A stretch of DNA of 64,000 bases, from positions 145,702,001-145,766,000 of the forward strand of contig CM059432.1 of assembly GCA_030390025.1 (NCBI GenBank). The letters are read 5' to 3'. The notes under the pieces were generated by a model that saw nothing but the letters and a program-made list of their open reading frames with translations, searched no databases and was not told where the DNA came from. This document shows positions 1 through 9,845 of the stretch, one piece after another. A program made the translations under genes and the position numbers. Every line of letters begins with the position of its first letter. Position 1 is the stretch's first letter. Source of the stretch: Squalus acanthias. Lineage: Eukaryota.

Positions 1-629
1 GAAACCGGCATTTGTGAGGTCCCTACGGGTGCGTACACAGTTTGTACACACCCGTAGGAATCGGAAAATATGGGCCATTACTTTTCTGACCAGTCCAGTC
101 TGCCATGTGAGACCCTGTCAAAACCCTTGCTAAAATCCATGTAGACTACATCAAATGTGCCACCCTCATCAACCCTCCTTAAAAATTTCAATCAAGTTAG
201 TCAGACACGACCGTCCCTTAATAAATCCATGCTGATTGTCTTTGATCAATCCATGCCTTTCTAAATGACGATTAATACTGTCAAATTGGATAGCTCTTTC
301 GAAGAGCCGGCACGAGCATGATGGGCCGAATGGCCTCCTTTTGTGCAGTGTGATTCTATTTCCATATGATTTGACTTGTGATAGAACCTATTTCAGTCAC
401 ACGGATGTTTATGCCAACAGACTTATAGGAAACAATAATATTGGCACCTAACATTCTGTCTTGAGTGGCACTCCCAGTGTAACGTGCAAAATCAGCTCAG
501 TAACACAGCTGGGTAAAGAATGGGGAAATGAGCTGGGACCGTATTATCTGTCACCTCATATCAAAACCCGCCCCTGTAAATGCTAGGTCTGCAGCTGCAC
601 TCTTTTTAACTTTCACATTTGCCAGCACC

Positions 630-830
630 AACAACAACAACAACTTGTATTTATATAGCGCCTTTAACATAGTAAAACGTCCCAAGGTGCTTCGCAGGAG
701 CGTAATAAGACAAACAATTTGACACCGAGCCACATAAGCAGAAATTAGGGCAGGTGACCAAAAGTTTGGTCAAAGAGGTAGGTTTTAAGGAGTGTCTTAA
801 AGGAGGAGAGAGAGGTTAGAGCACCAGGCC
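630..830 (-). mobile_element. 3' end of an L2/CR1-group LINE or related SINE tail
   Basis: (AAC)n tail followed by TTGTATTTATATAGCGCCTTT...; the same family occurs in the opposite orientation at about 40560-40790. Boundaries approximate. Confidence 0.55.
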
Positions 831-1409
831 AGATCAAGGGGATGCACCTGCTTGGGATGACACCCTGTTATTGGCCCATTACACCAATCAGCTTGTCCTG
901 GACAGGCACAGCTCACTTCGGGACACTGCCCCATCCCACCCCAGAGCAGAGGGGAGACAGGGAAATCAGATGCTCATCATTTCTCATCACTTTCAGATGC
1001 GACTCATGCAGACATATGGTGGCGATGGAGTCTCTCAGATGAACTATTGTTATTGGTTATCTTAGCTCCGAAACATTGTACACAGGTCTTTCATCTGCTG
1101 TGTAATTCAGCCTTTAAGGTGAGAGTAAAATTACAGGTCACTTGTCCGAGTCACACATCATCCCGACTTGGATATGTATCACCATTCCTTCATAGTTGCT
1201 GGGTCAAAATCCTGGAACTCCCTACCTAACAGCACGGTGGGAGGACCAAATCAATATGCTGGATTTAAAAAATAAATAAAACGTGGACCAATAGCGAGGA
1301 AATTAAAGCATATTTTCTATTTTTTTTTACTTCTTGTTGATTTATCATTCCCTGTTCATCAGCATCACAAGTAGAAAAACTTCACCCTTTGATTTCCACA
1401 TGTTACATT

Positions 1410-2170
1410 CAAAACAAAAGCCAAATACTGTGGATGCTGGAAATCTGAAATAAAAAGAGAAAATGCTGGAAATACTCAGCAGGTCAGGCAGCATCTCACA
1501 GAATCACAGAATCCCCACAGTGCAGATAAAGGCCATTCCAGCCCATCAAGCCTGCACCGACACATATCCCACCCTATCCCCGTAACCCCACGTATTTAAT
1601 CCCCCTAACACTAAGGGTCAATTTATCATAGCCAAATCAACCTAACCCGCACATCTTTGGACTGTGGGAGGAAACCGGAACACCCGGAGGAAACCTACGC
1701 AGACATGGGGAGAATGTGTAAACTCCACACAGACAGTCACGCGAGGCCGGATTCGAACCCGGGTCCCTGGCGCTGTGAGGCAACAGTGCTAACCACTATG
1801 CCACTGTGTTGCATCTGTGGAGAGAGAGACAGAGTTAACATTTCAGGTCGATGATCCTTCGTCAGAACTGGAAAAAGTTGGAGATGGAACAGGTTTTTAA
1901 GCAAGTGTAGGGGCAGGGAGAGGGCGGCGGGGAGGAAAGAACAAAAGGGAAGGTCTGTGATAGGGTGGAAGGCAGGAGAGATTAAGAGACAAAAGGGATG
2001 ATGGTGCGAGGCAAAAGGAGATGGTAATGGGACAAGTTAAGAAACAAAAGATGACTCTAGATGAAGTGTAAATGGCACTGGCAGAATGATCGACAGCTAC
2101 CATGTGAGAGAGAGAAAAGAAAATGAAAAAAAAGATAGGGGCAGAAGTTATGGTCTGAAATTGTTGATTG
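1410..2170 (-). mobile_element. Penelope-like retroelement 3' fragment, interrupted by a SINE
   Basis: Reverse complement of the 3' part of the GIY-YIG-bearing copy at 47690-49030 (GATGCTGGAAATCTGAAATAAAA...GCAGCATCTGTGGAGAGAG...). Confidence 0.75.
1497..1810 (-). mobile_element. tRNA-derived V-SINE (HE1-like)
   Basis: tRNA-like head (reverse complement of GGATTCGAACCCGGG...GCTAACCACT), V-domain-like core GGAGGAAACC...CAGACATGGGGAGAA...AAACTCCACACAGAC, CR1-type tail; flanked by TSD GCATCT (1491-1496 and 1811-1816). Confidence 0.75.
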
Positions 2171-3428
2171 CTACGTTCAAAAAGTTGGCTTACCTCAAGA
2201 TCTGGGATCGAAGCTGACGAGGTGAGCCTAACATGAGCTCTCTGGCAGCAAACTGGCCAAGTGAAAAAATTAAAAAAAGGTCACCAGTTAAAACAGGAAC
2301 AGATTTTTTGCAGTCAAGACCAGAGGAAATACGCAATCTATAAATGTGTATTGGTTTTAACACCTGCCAAAATGCCTGTTTTGGGTGGGCGGAAGAGAGT
2401 GTTCTGAAAAGCATGATGCTAACTCTCACAATTTTTACAGTGATAATATTCAGAGATACGCTGGTTCATATCAAAGAATAAAACAGTACAGCAGGTACTT
2501 CTGAAGCAGAATAACTCCTAATGGAGCCTTGTTGCTTTTTCTAATGTTCAGTGGCTGTTGTAAAACTTTGACATAAATGAAGTCCTCAACTCGGCCCTGG
2601 GAGCTCCCATGGGATCTGACTACAGTTGGGGCCTTCCTGGGCTCCTGCTCCATCCTCAGATCAGCACAACACTACTCTAACTTTCCTGCTGGCTCAGTCC
2701 AGCAGTTGTCGCTGGTCCCCGTATACGGTTGAAACTGGGCCTCTGTATTAACGTACAAAAAGTACTATTTTATTTTCAATCTAGATTAGGCCACATATTT
2801 ATTTTTGACAATTTTTCTCCCTTCCTGTTTCATGCTACAATACAATTCCACCAGCCATCCAGTACCTTACCTAAGGAGCTCAGACAAAGCATTTCAACAG
2901 GCCATTGAACATTGAACAGCATCACAGTCAAGGGCAATTCTGTCCTCACTGAACACCCTCACATTTGCACTTTCCAGCAGGGGCCACTGTATAGCAATCA
3001 GAACTGGGAAACCTTGGCTGATTCTCTAGCCCAGGAGCATTGTTATATTTTGGGGGTTTTATGTTAGATATTTTCTCAGTTTCAGCATCATGGGCCACCG
3101 ACCTTGCTTGCCCTACAATCCAGAATATGCCATAACCTGGTATCGTAGGCAAGTGAGAGTCAGAACTAGGGATTACAACAGTGAACCCTTACTCTATACA
3201 TCAGCTAGTGGAAAGTACCACGCGATGCCCCACAGAACTTTGCTCTTGGCTAGAAAACTGGAACCTGACTTTTTGGTAAGCAGACTTCCAACCAAATTCC
3301 AATCCGAACCCATATGAAGTTACACTGCAACAAATATCTGCATCTCCATAATTAGATTAAATAATTCAAAGATGGCTGCCTTTCTCTTACCGATAATCTG
3401 GCTACAATCTTCCAATCATAGAGTCATA

Positions 3429-4321
3429 GGGGGAAAAATTCAGTTGGTTGCGCCTCCCGTTAGCGCCTTAAGAGGGCGCTAATGGGGCGCAAAGCAACTA
3501 GCGCCTGGGTGCGGCGATGTTTGCACCGCTCGCGAAATTAACTAGACATTTTGCGGCGGCGCTAAACACTACCGCCACGATCTCCTGCGCCGGCAGATCA
3601 TGACGTCAGTCGAGTGCGCAACGCCCCAGTATCGCCCCGGAGCGGATATTGAGTGGCGCCCCCTGCCTTACCGCCTGCCGCTAGCAACGACAGGTTGAGG
3701 GGAGCATTTTGCAGTCAGGAAGGGACTGGGGGAGCGCTATTTAAAGGCGACTGCTTCCTGCCTTTTATTGTTGGTGACATTTTTGAACCACGCATTCTGA
3801 GAGAGAGAGAGAGAGAGACTTCTGGAGAGATTCAACGCTGTGTGAAGGAGTTTTGGGTACTGAGCAGCACTTTGCAGGTTCATTTTGACTTGCCCTTCCT
3901 TGTATCGATTTAGAAGAGACTGTGGGGGCTGCACTCTGAGCTCTTTCCCTGGTACTCTCCATTGTTCTTTCCAGCAGATTTGATGTGCAGGTCTCTCCAG
4001 GCCGAGATTCAAGGCTGCAATGAGCAGGATGTGGATGGAAAGCAAGATCAACCCTCCCCTTTAAGAACTAGCCCGCGCCATTGTGTGTGTTCCATTGCTG
4101 ACTGACATCATATGAGCTTCGCCAGCACTCTGAGGTAGCGCCTCGCTCCTCGGCCTTTGCGCCTTAAGACAGGTGTGAAGCGCCTGATTTAGCGCTCCAA
4201 TCACCTCCAGGGGCGATAAAAGTCAAGTTTGCAGTCGGTGGCGATAATTAGCGCCAGGCGCTAATCTTTGCGCCCGGCCGATAATTGCGCCCCAAATGGG
4301 GCGATACTGAATTTCTCTCCC
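3429..4321. mobile_element. Non-autonomous PIF/Harbinger element (893 bp)
   Basis: TIRs GGGGGAAAAATTCAGT / ACTGAATTTCTCTCCC (14 of 16 match), 3-bp TSD ATA (3426-3428 and 4322-4324); both arms homologous to the ends of the element at 4482-8738; no transposase. Confidence 0.9.
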
Positions 4322-4993
4322 ATAGAGTCATAACGGCACAGAAGGAGGCCATTCGGCCCATCGAGTCCGTGCCGGCTCTCTGTAGAGCAATCCAGTCAGT
4401 CCCATTCCCCCGCTCTATCCCTGTAGCCCTGCAAGTTTATTTCCCTCAAGTGCCTATTCAGTCTCCCCTTGAAAACATTGAGGGGTAAAAATTCACTTGG
4501 TTGCGCCTCCCGTTAGCGCCTTAAGAGGGCGCTAATGGGGCGTTAAGCCGCTAACGCCCGGGCGCAGCGATGTTTGCGCCGCTCGAGAACTTAACTTGAG
4601 ATTGTGCGGCGGCAATAAAACTTACCGCTGCGACCACCTGCGCGCGCAGATTGTGACGTCATTCCATGGTGCAACGCCCTTGGGGCGCCCCGGAGCGGAA
4701 ATTGAATGGCGCCCCCTGCCTTACCGCCTGGCGCTTCCAACGACCGGAAGACTGGAACGCTATCAATCGGTGTGGGGCTGGGGGGGGGCGCTATTTAAAG
4801 GGGGCCTCTTCCTGTCTTTTTCTGTGGTCGACATTTATGCACCACTCGTTCTGAGAGAGAGAGAGAGATTCGGAGAGAGAGAGAGAGAGACTTCTACATT
4901 GACTCAACGCTTTGTGAGGTAGTTTTGCCTATTCATCCTAACTTTGTTGCTACTTTAGTTGCTGTACCTCATTACTTTTCTGGCAAAGAGAAT

Positions 4994-6154
4994 ATGGGGG
5001 CTGCAATGATTGGGGGCGTCGTCCTGCTCCAGCTGAATCGGAGGATACCAAGACGCAGACAGAGAGTGGCAATGATGGCCAGACGGAGGAGGGCCATCAG
5101 GCGCATGTACAGGAGAGCTTACCCTCCCAGGGTATATCGTGAACAGCTCTCCTACATCCATATGTCCGAGGAGCTGTGTTTGCGAAGGCTGCGATTCAGC
5201 AAGGAGGTGGTCACTGAGCTCTGCCACCTGCTGCAGCCAGATCTGCAGCCTCAGCTGAGGTCCAGGACGTCTCTGTCGGTGGCAGTGAAGGTCACTGTGG
5301 CTTTGAACTTCTACGCCACTGGCTCATTCCAAGCTGCTGTTGGGGACCTCGCCAATATCTCCCAGTTTGCGGTGCATCGCTGCATCCGGCAGGTCACCAA
5401 TGCCCTCTTCAGAAGGAGACGAGACTTCATCTCTTTCCCTATGACCCCAGACAAGCAGCGTGACCGTGCTCTGGGCTTTGCGAGGGTAGCGGGCTTCCCC
5501 ATGGTGCAGGGCGCCATTGACTGCACGCATGTGGCTTTGCGTGCTCCGCGAGAGAATGCAGAGGAATTCAGGAACAGAAAGGGGTTCCATTCCTTGAATG
5601 TGCAGTTGGTCTGTGACCACAGACAGGTGATACTCGCTGTCAATGCCCACTATCCGGGCAGCTGCCACGATGCTTTCATCCTGCGCCAGACTACTGTGGC
5701 AGAAGTTTTCGAGGCACCGCATCAGCCAGTTGGTTGGCTTCTGGGGGACAAGGGGTACGCATTGAGCACCTGGCTGATGACACCGCTCCGTACGCCAAAC
5801 ACCCCTGCTGAGCTGCGGTACAATGAAAGCCATCAAGCAACCAGGAACATTATTGAGCGCACAATCGGCGTGCTGAAACAACGGTTCCGCTGTCTGGACC
5901 ATTCCGGAGGAGCCCTGCAGTACTCGCCTGAGCAAGTTTCGAACTTCGTAGTCGTGTGCTGCATGTTGCACAACATGGCAATCCTCAGGACCCAGCCAAT
6001 GCCATCAGGCCTTGTAGCACCACCAGAGGAGGAGGAGGAAGAGGAGGAAGAGGACGAGGACGATGATCATCAGCAGCACCAAGGCAGGAGGGCGGCCCAC
6101 AATGGTCAAACTGCAAGGGCCGTCCGTCAACGACTAATAGCAAGCCGCTTCTAG
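4994..6154 (+). CDS. Harbinger (HARBI1-like) DDE transposase, 386 aa from the first ATG
   Basis: Uninterrupted ORF with GAIDCTHV, FRNRKGFHSLNVQLVCD, PGSCHDAFIL, LLGDKGY and RNIIERTIGVLKQRFRCL motifs, an HTH-like region and an acidic C-tail; AATAAA at about 6317. Confidence 0.93.
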   Translation: MGAAMIGGVVLLQLNRRIPRRRQRVAMMARRRRAIRRMYRRAYPPRVYREQLSYIHMSEELCLRRLRFSKEVVTELCHLLQPDLQPQLRSRTSLSVAVKVTVALNFYATGSFQAAVGDLANISQFAVHRCIRQVTNALFRRRRDFISFPMTPDKQRDRALGFARVAGFPMVQGAIDCTHVALRAPRENAEEFRNRKGFHSLNVQLVCDHRQVILAVNAHYPGSCHDAFILRQTTVAEVFEAPHQPVGWLLGDKGYALSTWLMTPLRTPNTPAELRYNESHQATRNIIERTIGVLKQRFRCLDHSGGALQYSPEQVSNFVVVCCMLHNMAILRTQPMPSGLVAPPEEEEEEEEEDEDDDHQQHQGRRAAHNGQTARAVRQRLIASRF

Positions 6155-6448
6155 GGCCCCTGCCATTGCTACAAACACTAATCAACCCAGCACGCAACCC
6201 CTAAGCCGGCCAAGGCACCAATAATTCCAACCACCAGCCATGTATATTTTGAATACAGAAACTTATTTATTTTACAAACTCTGTGTGTGTCAATTCCTCA
6301 TGACAAACTCATAGAAATAAACACAAAAAAACAGTCAATAACATAACTGGTTCTCACAACCTGGAGATAATGTCCAAAACACTAAACAAAAGTTGGACCA
6401 TGAACCTCGGCCTTTAATAAAAAAATGACCAGCATTTTGTCACACCTC

Positions 6449-7428
6449 CTACTTTTTGCCCTTCGAGGGTGATCTCCTTCCCTTGCGCACTTCCCCCCTT
6501 CTAACCCTACTGCTCCTCCGTAATGGGACCTCAGTGGCTGCAGCAAGGCTGGTGGAAGGCTGCTGCTCGTCAGACCCTGACACTGCAGATGCCCCTGAAG
6601 GACGGCCTCGACCACTTCTGGGCCTGGAGGGCCCGGCTGCAGACTGCACCAACTCTGCATGGGCGGCAGCAGTCTGTCCTACAGGCGGTGGCAAGTGCAG
6701 TGGAGAAGTGACAGTGTTGGCAGCAGGAATGCTGTCATCGTGAGAGAGGCCAGCAACTCCCTGCTCGCCCGACACACTGGCACTCCCACGGGGCAGCACT
6801 TCAGCATCCGGAGCAATCTGCCGGAGAACAGATTGCTGGCCTGCTGCGGCGCGGTGACAGCCCCGGGGACATGTGCACGAACCATCGAGGTTGGCAGCAG
6901 TCTGTGCTCGCGTGGCCTCCATCTGAGTCTGTATGAGAGCAGTCAGAGGTGGGATCACGGCAGCCAGTGACTCAATTGCAGCACTAAGCGTTAGTGTGGC
7001 ATCCGCCTGTGCTACAGCGAAGTGCTCCACACTCCTTGCCAGTGACTCAATGCATTCGGGCACCCTTCCCACTGCACCCATGAGCTCAGTGTGCATGCCC
7101 ACCGCCTGGGTGTTCATTTCTGCAATCAGCCGCTCCTCCTCTGCGTCCATTGCAGTAGGAGTGTCTGGCATACTCTCCCTCTGGGGAGAAGGCCCCCGTT
7201 CTTCCCTACCCCCCCCATGGCGTTGCTGCAGCCCGCTGGGTCCTGGAGCTTCACCATCATCAGCCCCTTCCCCCCTGCTCCCCTCCAGGGAAGGCGTGTT
7301 CCCAGTGTGGGCATGGGCTTCCTCGGGAGAGGGTGGCACTGATGCTCTGGCTTCCTCTTCCTCCTCAGCTGCAGCATCACTCCCAGTGGCAGCTTCAGGG
7401 CCCGTCTCCTCAGCTGGTGAATCACCAT
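6449..7428 (-). CDS. Harbinger Myb/SANT-like protein, exon 3
   Basis: Acceptor CTGCTTTCAG|, phase 1, in frame with ORF 6449-7339; acidic/low-complexity region, helical segment and basic C-terminus. Spliced CDS is 237+163+980 = 1380 nt = 459 aa plus stop. Confidence 0.78.
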
Positions 7429-7587
7429 CTGAAAGCAGGGAGGTACAAGAGTGGCTTTAGCGTGAGGACAGGGTGGCAGTAAGGGAGGAATAAGTGCAGC
7501 GAGTTAGCAAGTTGGATTGAAAGTGTCAAAGGCTGGTGTTGTGAGGGACAAGTGGAAGGACAGAGGACAAAAAGGTGATGACCTTAC

Positions 7588-7750
7588 CATTGCTGTCCAC
7601 AACGGGGTCGGCGTCTCCAGTGGCGACGGGACCGATCACCCGGCTTGCCACAATCCTGTGGACGCGCTCCTCCAGATCGCTGAGGGGTTGCAGCTGAAGC
7701 CGCCCTCCACCTGTCCGTTGCTGCTGTCTCCTATTATGAGCCAGCTTAGC
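7588..7750 (-). CDS. Harbinger Myb/SANT-like protein, exon 2
   Basis: Acceptor TTTCTTGCAG|, AKLAHNRRQQQRTGGG...LSDLEERV (typical post-Myb TGGG motif), donor G|GTAAGG (phase 1). Confidence 0.85.
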
Positions 7751-7778
7751 CTGCAAGAAAAAGGACAGCATCTGAGTA

Positions 7779-7994
7779 AATATACAGCCATGGTCTTGCC
7801 TGATGTGCCTCCCATAGGTGAATAGCCCTTACAATATACAGCCATGGTCTTGCCTGATGTGCCTCCCATAGGTGAATAGCCCTTACAATATACAGCCATG
7901 GTCTTGCCTGATGTGCCTCCCATAGGTGAATAGCCCTTACAATATACAGCCATGGTCTTGCCTGATGTGCCTCCCATAGGTGAATAGCCCTTAC
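7779..7994. repeat. Perfect tandem repeat, 4 x 54 bp, in Myb-gene intron 1
   Basis: AATATACAGCCATGGTCTTGCCTGATGTGCCTCCCATAGGTGAATAGCCCTTAC repeated four times with no spacers. Confidence 0.95.
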
Positions 7995-8142
7995 TGTATG
8001 CAAAGTGTGGAATGTGCGTGTGTGTTTGATGAAAGGGCCATAGGTGTTGGATGAGTGTTGTGCATTGGGGTTTTAAGACCCTCTGGCCATAGAGTGAGGT
8101 TGAGATGGAGGGATGGAGAGGTATTGAGAAAAAGCCACTCAC

Positions 8143-8379
8143 CCTGACGACCCGAGTGAGGTCGTTGAACTTTTTGCGGCATTGAGTATGGGTCCTGGGC
8201 ACCATGCTGCTGGAGGAGACGCTCTGAGCCACCTCCCTCCACACTCTTCTGAACTCGCGTGGCAAAGGCCTCCTGCCACTCTCAGGGAACAGCATACATC
8301 GTCTGCGCTCCACTGCGTCAACCAGAGCATCCAAGGCCCGCTCGGTGAAGCGATGAGCGCGTTCTCTCACCCTCTCCAT
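8143..8379 (-). CDS. Harbinger Myb/SANT-like DNA-binding protein, exon 1
   Basis: MERVRERAHRFTERALDALVDAV...WREVAQSVS...RTHTQCRKKFNDL is a trihelix/Myb-SANT signature; ends at donor AGG|GTGAGT (phase 0). Confidence 0.88.
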
Positions 8380-9845
8380 GCTTGGCAGCAAAATGGATTA
8401 CAGGTCTCTCCAGGCTGAGATTCAAGGCTGCAATGAGCAGGGTGTGGCTGGGGAGCAAGTGGCCCCCCCTCCGCTTTAAGAAGTGTCCGGCGCCAGTGTG
8501 TCTGTGTTCCCTCGCTAACTGGCAGCAGCTGCGCTGCGCTCGCGCGCTGAGTTAGCGCCTCACTCCTTGGCCTTTGCGCCTTAAGAGAGGTGTGCAGCGC
8601 CTGCTTTAGCGCTCCACTCACCTCCCGGGGCGGTAAAAGTGAAGTTTCCTGTCAGTGCCGATAATTAGCGCCAGGCGCTAATATTTGCGTCCGGACGATA
8701 TTTGCGCCCCAAATGGGGCGCGACCTAATTTCTACCCCTGAGTGTCTCCGCTTCCACCACTTCTGTCGGCAGCGAATTCCAGGTTATCACCACTCGCTGC
8801 GTAAAAAAGTTTTTCTTCACATCCCCCCTGTATCTCTTGCCCAAAACCTTAAATATGTGTCCCCCAGTCCTTGTACCATCAACTAGTGGGAACAGCCTTT
8901 CCCCGTCTAGCCTATCCAAACCCGGCATAATCTTGTACACCTCTATCAAATCATCCCTCAACCTCCTTTGCTCTAATGAAAACAAATCTAGCTTCTCCAA
9001 CCTGTCCTTGTAGCTAAGATTCCCCATCCCCGGAACCATTCTGGTAAATTTCCTCTGCACCCTCTCAAGTGCCTTCACATCCTTCCTAAAGTGTGGTGAC
9101 CAGAACTGGACGCAATACTCCAGTTGTGGCCTAATCAGTGCTTTATAAAGGTTCAGCATAACTTCTCTACTTTTGTACTCAATACCTCTATTTATGAAGC
9201 CCAAGATCCCATTTGCTTTGCTAACCACTCTCTCAATATGTCCTGTCACCTTCAGGGACCTATGCACATTAACTCCCAGGTCCCTCTGTCCCTGCACACT
9301 CTTTAAAACTGTGCCATTAAGTGTATATTGCCTGTCCCTGTTCCTTCTGCCAAAATGCATCACCTCACACTTCTCTGCATTACATTACATCTGCCACTTC
9401 TCTGCCCATTCTGCTAGCCTTTCTATGTTCTGTTGCAGTCGATTGGTATCATCCTCACTGTTTGCCACACCCCCAAGTTTGGTGTCATCGGCAAATTTAG
9501 AAATTCTATTCTGTATTCCAATATCTGGATCATTTATATATAAAAAAAAACAGTGGCCCCAGCACTGACCCTTGGGGAACACCACTGTCTACCATCCTCC
9601 AGTCTGAAAAACAGCTATTTACCACAACTCGCTGTTTTCTGTCCTTAAGCCAATTCTTTATCCAAGCTGCCACTGACCCACCTATTCCATGAGCCTCAAT
9701 TTTGTTAACCAGCCTTCTATTGTTCCCCAAGGTTTAGTACAAGGACCACTGTTGTTTATGATATACATTAATGATGTGGACTTGGGGTACAGGGCAACAT
9801 TTTGAAATTTGCAGAAGACACAAAACTTGGAAGTGTAGTAAACTA

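Larger units (their letters stand above)
4482..8738. mobile_element. Autonomous PIF/Harbinger DNA transposon (4257 bp), apparently intact
   Basis: TIRs GGGGTAAAAATT / AATTTCTACCCC (11 of 12 match), 3-bp TSD TGA (4479-4481 and 8739-8741), convergent transposase and Myb/SANT genes. Confidence 0.95.
3414..9720 (-). mobile_element. 5'-truncated CR1 LINE hosting two Harbinger insertions
   Basis: RT C-terminal ORFs at 8725-9730 (GVPQGSVLGP, KFADDTKL, RPQLEYCVQFW), 3'UTR at 4322-4481 and a (TCATAGAG)n tail split by the non-autonomous element; sequence is continuous once both insertions are removed. Confidence 0.85.

Noticed and set aside
4994..6154. Domesticated host gene HARBI1
   Set aside because: It lies inside TIRs with a TSD, is paired with a Myb gene and is inserted in a CR1, so it is a transposon ORF.
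5311..7460. Long overlapping antisense ORFs (e.g. 5324-5971 minus, 6933-7460 plus)
   Set aside because: Shadows of GC-rich real coding sequence; no recognisable motifs.
7779..7994. CRISPR-like array
   Set aside because: Units are contiguous with no spacers, there are no cas genes, and the context is a eukaryotic intron.
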